DNA of 64,000 nucleotides. Source: Ranitomeya imitator. Taxonomy: Eukaryota. Of the stretch, positions 31,776-44,024 are shown one piece after another. The stretch's first letter is position 1. Every line of letters starts with the position of its first letter. The notes below the pieces were generated by a model. It saw only the letters and a list, made by a program, of their open reading frames with translations, searched no databases and had not been told where the DNA came from. A program made the position numbers and the translations under genes. Location: the NCBI RefSeq assembly GCF_032444005.1, contig NC_091282.1:360468001-360532000 (forward strand), written 5' to 3'.

Positions 31776-34700
31776 CTAATAATTGTATGATACAATATTG
31801 TTCTGCTCCAGGAAGACATCCAGGCCTCTCTTGAACCCCTCGACTGAGTTCGCCATCACCACCTCCTCAGGCAAGCAATTCCAGATTCTCACTGCCCTAA
31901 CAGTAAAGAATCCTCTTCTATGTTGGTGGAAAAACCTTCTCTCCTCCAGACGCAAAGAATGCCCCCTTGTGCCCGTCACCTTCCTTGGTATAAACAGATC
32001 CTCAGCGAGATATTTGTATTGTCCCCTTATATACTTATACATGGTTATTAGATCGCCCCTCAGTCGTCTTTTTTCTAGACTAAATAATCCTAATTTCGCT
32101 AATCTATCTGGGTATTGTAGTTCTCCCATCCCCTTTATTAATTTTGTTGCCCTCCTTTGTACTCTCTCTAGTTCCATTATATCCTTCCTGAGCACCGGTG
32201 CCCAAAACTGGACACAGTACTCCATGTGCGGTCTAACTAGGGATTTGTACAGAGGCAGTATAATGCTCTCATCATGTGTATCCAGACCTCTTTTAATGCA
32301 CCCCATGATCCTGTTTGCCTTGGCAGCTGCTGCCTGGCACTGGCTGCTCCAGGTAAGTTTATCATTAACTAGGATCCCCAAGTCCTTCTCCCTGTCAGAT
32401 TTACCCAGTGGTTTCCCGTTCAGTGTGTAATGGTGATATTGATTCCCTCTTCCCATGTGTATAACCTTACATTTATCATTGTTAAACCTCATCTGCCACC
32501 TTTCAGCCCAAGTTTCCAACTTATCCAGATCCATCTGTAGCAGAATACTATCTTCTCTTGTATTAACTGCTTTACATAGTTTTGTATCATCTGCAAATAT
32601 CGATATTTTACTGTGTAAACCTTCTACCAGATCATTAATGAATATGTTGAAGAGAACAGGTCCCAATACTGACCCCTGCGGTACCCCACTGGTCACAGCG
32701 ACCCAGTTAGAGACTATACCATTTATAACCACCCTCTGCTTTCTATCACTAAGCCAGTTACTAACCCATTTACACACATTTTCCCCCAGACCAAGCATTC
32801 TCATTTTGTGTACCAACCTCTTGTGCGGCACGGTATCAAACGCTTTGGAAAAATCGAGATATACCACGTCCAATGACTCACCGTGGTCCAGTCTATAGCT
32901 TACCTCTTCATAAAAACTGATTAGATTGGTTTGACAGGAGCGATTTCTCATAAACCCATGCTGATATGGAGTTAAACAGTTATTCTCATTGAGATAATCC
33001 AGAATAACATCCCTCAGAAACCCTTCAAATATTTTACCAACAATAGAGGTTAGACTTACTGGCCTATAATTTCCAGGTTCACTTTTAGAGCCCTTTTTGA
33101 ATATTGGCACCACATTTGCTATGCGCCAGTCCTGCGGAACAGACCCTGTCGCTATAGAGTCACTAAAAATAAGAAATAATGGTTTATCTATTACATTACT
33201 TAGTTCTCTTAGTACTCGTGGGTGTATGCCATCCGGACCTGGAGATTTATCTATTTTAATCTTATTTAGCCGGTTTCGCACCTCTTCTTGGGTTATATTG
33301 GTGACTCTTAATATAGGGTTTTCATTGTTTCTTGGGATTTCACCTAGCATTTCATTTTCCACCGTGAATACCGTGGAGAAGAAGGTGTTTAATATGTTAG
33401 CTTTTTCCTCGTCATCTACAACCATTCTTTCCTCACTATTTTTTAAGGGGCCTACATTTTCAGTTTTTATTCTTTTACTATTGATATAGTTGAAGAACAG
33501 TTTGGGATTAGTTTTACTCTCCTTAGCAATGTGCTTCTCTGTTTCCTTTTTGGCAGCTTTAATTAGTTTTTTAGATAAAGTATTTTTCTCCCTATAGTTT
33601 TTTAGAGCTTCAGTGGTGCCATCCTGCTTTAGTAGTGCAAATGCTTTCTTTTTACTGTTAATTGCCTGCCTTACTTCTTTGTTTAGCCACATTGGGTTTT
33701 TCCTATTTCTAGTCCTTTTATTCCCACAAGGTATAAACCGCTTACACTGCCTATTTAGGATGTTCTTAAACATTTCCCATTTATTATCTGTATTCTCATT
33801 TCTGAGGATATTGTCCCAGTCTACCAGATTAAGGGCATCTCTAAGCTGTTCAAACTTTGCCTTCCTAAAGTTCAATGTTTTTGTGACTCCCTGACAAGTC
33901 CCCCTAGTGAAAGACAGGTGAAACTGCACAATATTGTGGTCGCTATTTCCTAAATGCCCAACCACCTGCAGATTTGTTATTCTGTCAGGTCTATTAGATA
34001 GTATTAGGTCTAAAAGTGCTGCTCCTCTGGTTGGATTCTGCACCAATTGTGAAAGATAATTTTTCTTGGTTATTAGCAGAAACCTGTTGCCTTTATGGGT
34101 TTCACAGGTTTCTGTTTCCCAGTTAATATCCGGGTAGTTAAAGTCCCCCATAACCAGGACCTCATTATGGGTTGCAGCTTCATCTATCTGCTTTAGAAGT
34201 AGACTTTCCATGGTTTCTGTTATATTTGGGGGTTTGTAACAGACCCCAATGAGAATTTTGTTACCATTTTTCCTTCCATGAATTTCAACCCATATGGACT
34301 CGACATCCTCATTCCCTTCGCTAATATCCTCCCTTAAAGTGGACTTTAGACAAGACTTTACATAGAGACAAACCCCTCCTCCTCTCCGATTTTTACGATC
34401 CTTTCTAAACAGACTGTAACCCTGTAAGTTAACTGCCCAGTCATAGCTTTCATCTAACCATGTCTCGGTTATTCCCACTATGTCAAAGTTACCTGTAGAT
34501 ATTTCTGCTTCTAGTTCTTCCATCTTGTTTGTCAGGCTTCTGGCGTTTGCGAGCATGCAGTTTAGAGGATTTTGTTTTGTTCCAATCTCCTCACTGTGGA
34601 TTGTTTTAGAAATGTTCTTACCTCCCTTCTGAGTATGTTTTCCTGGGTCGTCTTTGTTCGAGTCTAATGTTTTTCTTCCCGTCCCCTCTTCTTCTAGTTT

Positions 34701-34847
34701 AACGCCCTCCTGATGAGTGTAGCGAGTCTTCTGGCGAATGTGTGTTTCCCAGGTTTGTTGAGGTGTAGTCCGTCTCTGGCGAGGAGTCCATCGTACAAGT
34801 AATTCACACCGTGGTCCAGGAATCCGAATCCTTGTTGTCTGCACCAT
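31776..34847 (-). CDS. CR1 ORF2: APE endonuclease plus reverse transcriptase, no internal stops
   Basis: APE motifs NARSL, GITETWL, RGGGV, GDFNYP, LDLILSN and SDH; RT motifs DFSKAFD, PQGSVLGP and FADD. The first ATG at the endonuclease start is 34556 (MLANAR). The track start at 34847 overlaps the ORF1 tail. Confidence 0.95.
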   Translation of the reverse strand: MVQTTRIRIPGPRCELLVRWTPRQRRTTPQQTWETHIRQKTRYTHQEGVKLEEEGTGRKTLDSNKDDPGKHTQKGGKNISKTIHSEEIGTKQNPLNCMLANARSLTNKMEELEAEISTGNFDIVGITETWLDESYDWAVNLQGYSLFRKDRKNRRGGGVCLYVKSCLKSTLREDISEGNEDVESIWVEIHGRKNGNKILIGVCYKPPNITETMESLLLKQIDEAATHNEVLVMGDFNYPDINWETETCETHKGNRFLLITKKNYLSQLVQNPTRGAALLDLILSNRPDRITNLQVVGHLGNSDHNIVQFHLSFTRGTCQGVTKTLNFRKAKFEQLRDALNLVDWDNILRNENTDNKWEMFKNILNRQCKRFIPCGNKRTRNRKNPMWLNKEVRQAINSKKKAFALLKQDGTTEALKNYREKNTLSKKLIKAAKKETEKHIAKESKTNPKLFFNYINSKRIKTENVGPLKNSEERMVVDDEEKANILNTFFSTVFTVENEMLGEIPRNNENPILRVTNITQEEVRNRLNKIKIDKSPGPDGIHPRVLRELSNVIDKPLFLIFSDSIATGSVPQDWRIANVVPIFKKGSKSEPGNYRPVSLTSIVGKIFEGFLRDVILDYLNENNCLTPYQHGFMRNRSCQTNLISFYEEVSYRLDHGESLDVVYLDFSKAFDTVPHKRLVHKMRMLGLGENVCKWVSNWLSDRKQRVVINGIVSNWVAVTSGVPQGSVLGPVLFNIFINDLVEGLHSKISIFADDTKLCKAVNTREDSILLQMDLDKLETWAERWQMRFNNDKCKVIHMGRGNQYHHYTLNGKPLGKSDREKDLGILVNDKLTWSSQCQAAAAKANRIMGCIKRGLDTHDESIILPLYKSLVRPHMEYCVQFWAPVLRKDIMELERVQRRATKLIKGMGELQYPDRLAKLGLFSLEKRRLRGDLITMYKYIRGQYKYLAEDLFIPRKVTGTRGHSLRLEERRFFHQHRRGFFTVRAVRIWNCLPEEVVMANSVEGFKRGLDVFLEQNNIVSYNY

Positions 34848-35622
34848 CGTCTTAGCCAGTTGTTTGCATCAAGGATCCTGTTCCATCTCCTGGTGCCATG
34901 CCCATCTACTGTGCATCCAGTTCCTTTACTTTCTTCCCCAACTCTTCAAAGTCCTTGCAGATTGTCGGTAGGTCCTTCCTTGCCGTGTCATTGGTGCCAA
35001 CATGTATCAGAAGAAATGGGTGGACGTCCTTGGAGCTGAAGAGCTTTGGTATCCTATCGGTCACATCCTTGATCATCGCACCTGGAAGGCAGCATACTTC
35101 TCTTGCAGTTATGTCCGGTCTGCAGATGGCTGCTTCTGTGCCTCTCAGTAGTGAGTCTCCCACCACCACCACTCTTCGTTGCTTCTTGGCTGTACTTTTT
35201 GCTGTCACTTGTTGCTGTGTGCCCTTTTCTTTTTTGCTTGCTGGTATTGCTTCATTCTTAGGTGTGCCATCTTCATCCTCTACAAAGATTTGATATCGGT
35301 TCTTCAGTTGTGTGGTTGGTGATTTCTCCATGGTCTTCTTGCTTCTTTTGGTCACATGCTTCCACTCATCTGCTTTTGGAGGTTCTCTGACACTTTTTGC
35401 ACCTTCTGTGACCAGTAGAGATGCTTCTGTTCTGTCTAGAAAGTCTTCATTCTCTTTGATGAGTTTCAAAGTTGCTATTCTTTCTTCCAGACCCCGCACC
35501 TTTTCTTCTAAAAGGGCCACTAGTCTACACTTCTGACAGGTGAAATTGGATTCTTCTTCTGGTCGATCTGTGAACATGTAGCACATGCTGCAGCTCACCA
35601 TGTAGGTTGTCACATCTGCCAT
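34694..35622 (-). pseudogene. CR1 ORF1 (zinc finger plus SGNH esterase), frameshifted near 34909
   Basis: CSMC...CQKC, VVVVGDSLLRG, CLPGA and HVGTND, then a premature TAG at 34906-34908. The -1 frame continues VDGHG...DGLHLNKPG...RRALN* to 34694. Confidence 0.88.
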
Positions 35623-36838
35623 GTTGCTCCTAGATCCTGCTGACTTGCTGTGTGTTTTCCTTCTTGTGTAATCTACTCAGCCAAGCTCTCTTGCAATAAT
35701 GTCCTACAGGCAAAAATTCGCGCGCCTTAAGGCGCGCGGTTTGGTGATGCTTTCGAAGCAGCTGGTCCCGGCTGTACCCAACGATCTTCTAGCTTAGGGA
35801 GACTTCGCTTCTCCCAGAAGGCACCTGGAATATGCAAATTAGCCTCCTGAAGCTTGAATCCCTGGTTTGGCATCAACCAGCAGAATAGATAGTATGTAGA
35901 TATTTAAAACCTAGAAAATTATGTTATGTTTGTGGTGCAGAACATTAGTCATTTGACAATCTGCATATAGGCCTTCTCTGTGGATGGGCACATTTGACGT
36001 TCCTTCAGGGAATGCGTTTTGTTAGAACTAACACATTTTCTCCATATTTAAGAATTTACTATCTGGAGTAAAGTATTTACTGACATTTGGAACTAGATTC
36101 CCATTACGAAAGTCCACCACTGTCTATACTGGATGTATTGTGTATACACAAATGTGGCTATGGTGTTGGAGCCACATATTATTGTCTACAGTCCTCCTGA
36201 GCCTTTAAGACATCATATGCACCATCTTTTTTTTTCTTCAGTTGAGATATGTGACTGTAAATATTTGCATAGAAAGAGATGGATGAAATCTTTAGTGGAT
36301 GAGTAGACTGCACATTAGGCTATGGACTTATGGGACGAGGCACCTTGGGAGATTTACTGCTTAACAAGTTAGTTTGTGAAACTAGAAGCACACTCATGGA
36401 GTGAAGTGTGCCTGTGACATTGCTGGATTTGCTGCGTACAAGATTTGGCCCTTTGGACCAAACATTTGGCCCTTGGACCATGTTTCAAGGGATGACAAGA
36501 TGGCAGAAAAATCAGGTGCTGCCACAGGAATGGGCAGATGGTGTGAAAGGCAAGTGTGAAGGTGTCAGTCCAATCCCCAAATCTATAGCTTGAATAAAGA
36601 TCTTCATATCTCTACTGCAACAATCTTTTTTTATGTCTGTTATAGCACCAGAATTTGGCTGTAGTTTGCTGTTGCAGTAAATAGTTTTATACGGGCCCAT
36701 ACACGTTAGATAAAAGCAAAAAAACTCTGCAGGACCTGTTAGTTATCACAACTTAAGACTACATGATGGTATGCATATCTCAGACAAGGTGCATACCCAA
36801 AAACATTTTTTGGGACAGGATGGAACATCTGAGAGATC

Positions 36839-39151
36839 TTGCCCCAAAGGGAGGAAGATTTGGAAACAAACGTAAATTTACATCGTCACTTCAGAGGGAG
36901 AAAAAAAAACAAAAATAGCTTGGAGGTGATTAATCTCTCATCACATAAGATCAGTCAGGCACAAGGAGAGGTCTTGGGTATGGGGTTATTGTTTGCTCCA
37001 AATAATAAATTTGATTTTTTTACAGTAGTGAAGGACCTCCATCTCTTCTCCAGGAAGCTGATTCTTAAAAAACTCGACTCAAAACCACTTACTGAACTGG
37101 AATTGGATAGTGTGGCGGAGCAGGAAGCAATCGATATCTTGGAAGAATTGGCTAATGAATCTGAGCAGAGTATTACAGGTATTTATCCACCACCACTAAT
37201 GTCTAGATCCACCACATTCCCTCCCTTGTCATTATGTCCTCAGGTAGAGATTTTTACGAAGCTGGTAACAGAGGATTTGAAAAATATCAGTAATTTTAGG
37301 AATAAGGATAATTTGACTAAATATAGCAGCGAGTAGCTCTTGAGGAACTAAAAAGATTAGATGGAGTGGTAATTAAGCCTGCCGATAAGGGAGAGAATGT
37401 GATGCCTCAGAACCCGATGACTTTTTTCAAAGAAAAACTGATTAATATACTTGAGATGGCCTTTGAAAGAGGCATAATCTCTAAAAAGTCATTGGAAGCT
37501 CTTATTACCTTCTACCTCCTCCCCAAGGTCCATAAAGACTCGGTTAATCCTCCGGGGCGTCTGATTGTCTCTGGCATAGGAGGACTATGTGACCCGGTCT
37601 GCAAATTTTTGGAACATTACCTGCGTCCACAGGTGGAGACGCTGTCCTCCTATGTCAGGGACACTACGGACGTCCTGAGATGGCTAGACAATTTACATCT
37701 TGAACCTGACATGTTACTAGCTGATGTAGAATCATTGTGCACTAGTATAAGACATGAGGATGGTCTGAGGGCGGTGCAATTTTTTCTTGAGTCTAGTAAC
37801 TTAGATGCGGATATGAGGTGCCTGGTGTTAGAGTTGTTGGAGTTCATCCTAACACACAACTTTTTACATTCAAGATCAATTCTTTCTACAATGTAGGGGA
37901 ACTGCGATGGGGGCGGCGTGTGCACCTTCGTATGCTAACCTATTTTTGGGCTACTGGGAGAGGCATATTTTTCACGATGACGCACATGTCGCCTTCCGGA
38001 TCCTTGGATGGTATAGATATATAGATGACATCTTGTTTATTTGGCAGAGCTCTGTCAATGATCTTGAGAATTTAATGGTGGGATTGAACCACAATGACTC
38101 CAACATCAGGCTCACTCAATCCTTTCATCATGAGGAGATTCCCTTCCTGGACATCATAATCAGAAATCAAAATGATGGTGTGCTATACACTGATGTCTAT
38201 AGGAAGGATACGTCAGTAAATGCATTATTACATGAATTGTCAGCACATCTTGGCTCAACTATTAGGGCAGTGCCAACAGGCCAATTCCTCCGTATGAGGA
38301 GAATCTGGAGCTCTGATACAGTTTTTGAAAATCAAGATATGGACTTTGGGGAGAGGTTTTTGAGTCGGGGTTATAGCAAAAAATGTATTAAACAGTGCTA
38401 CCAGAGGGCTAAAAGAACTACTAGAAGTGAACTACTCCTACCCAAGACTAAAAAGTCAGGTGACTCAGCTGTGAGATTCATATCTACCCATAACCAACAA
38501 TGGGGTACAATCAGGGGGATCCTCCAGAAACATTGGTCTGTATTGAAAACAGAACCAATTCTCTCCAAGATCATTCCAGCATCACCCCTTCTGACTGCAA
38601 GAAAAAGTAGAAATCTTAAGGATATTCTTGTAAGTAGCCATTATGTGGCAAGGCCACAGGATCCCTTTAATGCAGGACGACAGAGAGGGGGTTGTTTCCT
38701 CGGTGGAGACTGCTTACTGTTCCAAAATCAGATACGTGCGACAACATTCACATCAGCAGATGGAAAGAAGGAGTTCAAAATAAGGGACTATATATTATGT
38801 AGCACCAAACATGTGGTATACTACGCGACATGCTCATGTGGACTAATCTATATTGGTCTTACATCACGCGAACTTAGGGTTAGGACACGTGAGCATGTCA
38901 TGGATATTATTGCAGCAAGTAATGTGGAGGATGTAGGCCTACTGAAAACAATTCCCCAACATTTTAGGATGCATCATAAATGCAATCCGGACAAATTAAA
39001 AATCAGGGGAATTGATAGGATACTTATGGGCATAAGGGGTGGAGATGCTAAATGTCTCCTGACACAACGTGAGTGCCGATGGATCACAATATTGGGGACA
39101 ATGACTCCTGCAGGCCTAAATGAACACCTTAGTTTTGTGTTGTTTCTGTAA
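36839..39151 (+). pseudogene. Penelope-like element: RT plus GIY-YIG endonuclease, fragmented
   Basis: VINLS, IKPADKG, FYLLPKVHK, PGRLIVSG, MGAACAPSYANLFLG, YRYIDD, FLDI, VVYYATCSCGLIYIGLT...REH and GLNE across three ORFs. Confidence 0.92.
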
Positions 39152-39409
39152 TGAATATATCTCTGAACTTGATTTTATTTATGTGTTGTCTTGTATATGT
39201 AGTCTTGTTTTTCTTTAGATTCTTTTTTATTTGTATTGATGTACTAATGAATACCTTTTCATATGACTGTAGATTGACCATAATGGATTTTGTCTTTGCA
39301 GCATCGCCTATATGGGCCTATAGATGATAACAGGACAAGCTATCAACGAGCACATGAACCCCCCTGAAAAATATGTTATATGTGGGTTAATGATTATTAT
39401 GGATTTACA

Positions 39410-39610
39410 TTGAGTATGTTCTCCCCGTGTTTGCGTGGGTTTCCTCCAGGTACTCCGGTTTTCCTCCCACATTCCAAAAACATACATGATAGGGACTCTA
39501 GATTGTGAGCCCCATCGGGAACAGCGATGATAATGTGTGCAAACTGTAAAGCGCTGCGGAATATAAAAATAAAGATTATTATGGTTATTATTATTATTAT
39601 TATTATTATG
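39410..39610 (+). mobile_element. 5'-truncated SINE (same family as 42670-42919)
   Basis: GTATGTTCTCCCCGTGTTTGCGTGGGTTTCCTCC central domain, an L2-like 3' end and an (ATT)n tail. Confidence 0.75.
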
Positions 39611-40431
39611 GAGTATAGTAGGGTTTGAGTGTGTTGTATCGATTGTATTTGGCTGTCTAGGTCTGCGCAGTCTGGCTCTGTCATCTATCCGTTTGGATGT
39701 GTGTTCCTGAGAGTGCATATCTAATATATGTTTGACACTAAGTATTTTTATACACTTTTTCTGGGATTAGTATTTGACACAAAATTAATTTATATGATTT
39801 GTATAAATTTATTCTTTTACATTTAATAATAGGGAACTAATGTAGGCTATAGTCACGTCTGTGTATGTATCTTTTAAATTTAGGCATATGTAACTGGATC
39901 TGGTAATATGAGAAAGATAATTTATCTTCACTTATAATGATATCACGCGTAGGTACACAATCGCACTGTAATGGATCCATATGGCTCTTAAAATAATTTT
40001 TTGTACATTCTCTTTCAGCTTTGCACTGTCACTTTATGATATTGTAGCACTTTAAATGTTTGTTTAGATCTTTGTATCCTTATTATACCCCGGAGGTGTT
40101 AGCACACATGGGCACAGCCAAAATGTAATATATATATGGGTAGATGCAAGGTAGAACTCCTGGCCTATCTTACCCATATTAAAGATGGTGGCGGCGTTAT
40201 CTGTGCATATGCCGAGTATGCACTGCGGAGGGTGTGTCTCTGATGGTCTCGTGATACAAGTGCAGTCTGGGCTGTGACATCATAGGGGGAGTTTCCCTGC
40301 CCAGCTGTACTTGCGGTGAGGCTGGACGTGATGCATCGGCCTCGGCAAGTCGTACCATGCATGCGCCAACAGGATTATTGACAGGCATTATGCCCGATAT
40401 ATCAACAGGAGCAACGCATAGGTAGATATGG

Positions 40432-40467
40432 CCCCCCGAGGAAGCCCCCACAAAACGCGCGTCGGGG
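40432..40467 (+). ncRNA. Degenerate minimal hammerhead ribozyme motif downstream of the Penelope-like ORF
   Basis: CCCC-CCGAGGA-AGCCCCCAC-AAAA-CGCGCG-TC-GGGG fits stem I / CUGANGA / stem II / GAAA / palindromic stem III / UC / stem I', with two core mismatches. Confidence 0.5.
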
Positions 40468-42669
40468 CTGTCTGCACCTGACCCCGTGTGGAGACTATGG
40501 GTAAGAATGGGTGAATGCTCTACAGTGATATACTTGCTTTCTAGTTTAAACAATGTATGGGGGCATTGAATGAACGATTAGATCAAGTTAAGCACTAGCA
40601 CTTTACTTTTATTGCTGCAACCCATTCACCTTATTGATATATATAATATGTAAAAGGGGTACAGGCGCTTCAACAGTGTTCCATTTTATCCAGCTTTTGT
40701 CATTCATTATGTTTTGTAGTTATACATTGGCAGTTTTAAAGATGTGATAAATAAAATTTGTTACTGTTTTGGACAAATAGTCTCTCGTCTTTCCTCTTGG
40801 TGGTATTTTTTTTGGGACTAGCCTGTGAGTTGTGATTTTAGAGCTGCCGTCTGACTGTAATAAAACAACCGTATGCTTTTTGCAGTTACCCATTTGTATT
40901 GCAAAGTGCAGTCTGCTGTGCTTTCCTGTACAGTTGAATAATTGTTATACAGACTAATATCAGCAATAAAGATGCCAAAATAACACTTTTTTGCCTTTGT
41001 CTGATGAATGAGGTCTATGTGATCATATACCGGAATTTTTTTTTTTCCAGCATGCACTTTAAACATTATGCAGAGGCAAAGCCACCTCATAAAGCTGCAT
41101 CAAAGAGCACAGTTTTGGCTAGCGGCACAATGATGCCGCTGGTTAGAGCTATTGATCAAGTAGGACCTTACTGCCCCATTGCTAGCAGGAAACCTGGAGA
41201 CTAGGGAATTGTGCTCTCCAGTAGACAAGATAGGAAAATCACTGTAAGGGCGTAGACAGACAGACAGTCGTATTTCTCGTGCGAAGATCACATCACAGTG
41301 CACAGACTGGCCGGCACCTCTCCTGGCATGAGTGTGACAGCGTGATCTATTTTTATGCAGCTGTCACGCTCAGGTTAGGAGAGCCTACGGTCAGTCCGAG
41401 GATTGCGATGCAATCCTCGCAAGAGTTATACGGCCGTCTGCGTCCCAACACAACTAACAACTCAACAATGTACACAGGTGTTACATTACACAGTACATGT
41501 AGACAGTTAAACTGGAGGGGCAGTTCCTAATGAACACTGCAGTGGTACTGTAAGTGAAGGACATGGCCTTAGTTTTATTTGCCTGTTGACGTCTAGCCCT
41601 AGCACTATAGGCAAGGAAGTGGAGTTAAGACTTTTTTTGTATATATTTTTCCATTTAATATTTCATACAAACCAAAAATGTTTTATATTTCTGCATGGGT
41701 TGCTCTATCCATACCCATGTGTATGGGAAAATCTAACAGCAGGGTGACCTGGTTCCCAATAGCAATTAGTCAGTATTCATCTATTAGGCTAGGCTCAGAC
41801 TACTGTATATTCAACCAATCAGGCCCATTATGCTAATCACACTCTGATCAAGCTCTGATTAAAGTGTGATCTGATTCTCTTGGATAAGGAGGAGATGGAG
41901 AAAAAAAATCTCCATTCTGTCAGTCCATGGAAATCACACTACACTCAAATTTGATTCAAGGGCAGTTGGATGTTTCCCACGCACTCATTGACTTGCATGG
42001 ATCAAACTCGGGCACACTGTGATTTTTCTCCCTGGACCTGCTTGATCTGAAGAAAAAAAAAATTGGACATGTGCACAGTCCCATAGAATAGCATGGGGAT
42101 GAGTGCTATCCATCAAACCGACAGATAGCACTCATCTGATTATTACTGTCGTGAGCACGAGCCCTTATAGCTGTCCCATGAGGTTAACTCCCCACAATGA
42201 GTTTTAGTGTGTTTTTTGACGCTGTGTATTTTGCACAGCGCAAAAATGCAGCATCTCAATTCTAGCAAAGCGGATGGGATTTATAGAACTCTAAGCCCAC
42301 AGTTCTTTGTTTTTTTAAATGCTGCATTATCTGACTTGCGCTTTTTGAAATCCACAAGATATTAATTTCTCTTGTGGGTATGCAATGTTTTATGTGCAAA
42401 TTTTCCCCTAAGAATTGCATTAGATGCGGAAAATCTGCAAGTAAAAAAAACACATATGTGTTTAGTGCGTTTCCGCTGCAGAGACAAGCTAGAAACAAAT
42501 GTGAGCCACACATGATTGTATCAATAAAGTTTTGTCAAAGGCAGATACCAGGAAGTATCAAAAACAGACCAGCTTTATTTAAAACATGTAGACTAGGAGC
42601 CCTCGCGGGCAAGGTCTTCTCTCCTCTTGTACCAGTTAGAGACTTGTATTGTTTAAGATTATTGTACTT

Positions 42670-42919
42670 GGACAGCACGGTGGCTCAGTGGTTAGCACTG
42701 CAGTGCTGAGTACTGGGTTCAAATCCCACCATGGACAAAGAGTTTGTATGTTCTCCCCGTCTTTGCATGGGTTTCCTCCGGGTTCTCCAGCTTCCTCCCA
42801 AGACATACTGATAGGGAATCTAGATCGTGATCCCCATTGGGGACAGCGATGATAATGTGTGCAACCTGTAAAGCGCTGCGAAATATGTTGGTACTATATA
42901 AATAAAGATATTATTATTA
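42670..42919 (+). mobile_element. tRNA-derived SINE with L2-like tail
   Basis: A box TGGCTCAGTGG at 42681, B box GGTTCAAATCC at 42716, a conserved central domain and an AT-rich tail. TACTTG occurs at both ends. Confidence 0.85.
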
Positions 42920-43619
42920 CTTGTTTTTATTATGCATACCCCATTTCACATGTAAAGCGCCATGGAATAAATAATAATAAAACAAATCAAAAAGACAAAA
43001 ATTGAAGGGTCAAAAATGCAATAAAAAGCAAAACAAAACAAAAAAAAACACCAAATACTCATTGTGGGAATGTAGTCATACAAAGTAAAAGCTGAACTTA
43101 GATGCTTGCTTTGGACCCTAGTGACTTTTCTTCTTTGGCCTTGATCATAAAATGTACAGCAATTTATTATAATGATTTCTTGCAGTAACGACGAATGTGA
43201 CTTTTACACATAGTTGATCTATTTGATTGCCCGGTGGTCTCTAATACTCTTTTATCTACTATCTTTGTGTGAGACTCTGCTTCCTCAGACAGTAGACTAC
43301 ACATCCAGAAGGAAACAGACCTGTCTCAGGCCAGAGGTCATGTTATGCTAACTGGGTCATGGATGGAAACACCTGTTTTTGGACTCTATAGTCTTTATAG
43401 GGTCATATGTTATGAACTGAACTAGCATGCACAGACACAGGTAAACTCCATTTCTCTACATTATAAAACATTATTTTCAGTGTGTAGTGGCCAGCATAAA
43501 GGCAACATAGGAGACTCATTAATGGGAAAGCATGCAATAATGCGAGAGGTAGCACTACCGAAGTAGGAAAATGTGCTTGATCTAGAAAAGCCGAGTTACA
43601 ACTCTCAATGAAGCCCTAA

Positions 43620-44024
43620 GGCTATGTGCACATGTTGCGGATTAGCCTTTGGAATTTCTGGTGCGGATTCTGTCTCTCCTGGCAGAAAACGCACCTGCGG
43701 ATTTGTCACGTTTTTTGTGCAGATCCGCAGCGTTTTTTTGTGCGGTTTTGCTGCGGATTTTTGGCGGATTTACTGTGTTTTTTTACCCCTGTGGATTTTT
43801 ATAATGGAATGGGTACAAAAACGCTGCAGACCCTTAAAAAAGAAGTGACATGCTACTTCTTTTAATCCGCAGCGTTTCTGCACCGGATTTTCCGCAAAGT
43901 GTGCACAGATTTTTTTTTCTCATTGATTTACATTGTACTGTAAATCAATTGTGGATCTGCAGCATTTCTGCACCTCAAATAACGCTGCGGATCCGCACAG
44001 AATCCACAACGTGTGCACATACCC
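43620..44024. mobile_element. PIF/Harbinger-type MITE (family of 23906-24297)
   Basis: GGCTATGTGCACA...GTGTGCACATACCC with TAA TSD. Confidence 0.85.

Larger units (their letters stand above)
31666..35868 (-). mobile_element. Approximately full-length young CR1 LINE (5' UTR, ORF1, ORF2, 8-bp repeat tail)
   Basis: (CATAGTAA)n tail at 31666, followed by ORF2 and ORF1 (see below). GGCAT occurs at both junctions as a possible short TSD. The 5' boundary is approximate. Confidence 0.93.

Noticed and set aside
31783-33894. Several 90-215-aa plus-strand ORFs (also 6916-8316 on the minus strand)
   Set aside because: Antisense shadows of the CR1 ORF2 frame.
42670-42740. Possible tRNA gene
   Set aside because: It has A and B boxes but no complete cloverleaf and continues into a SINE body and tail.
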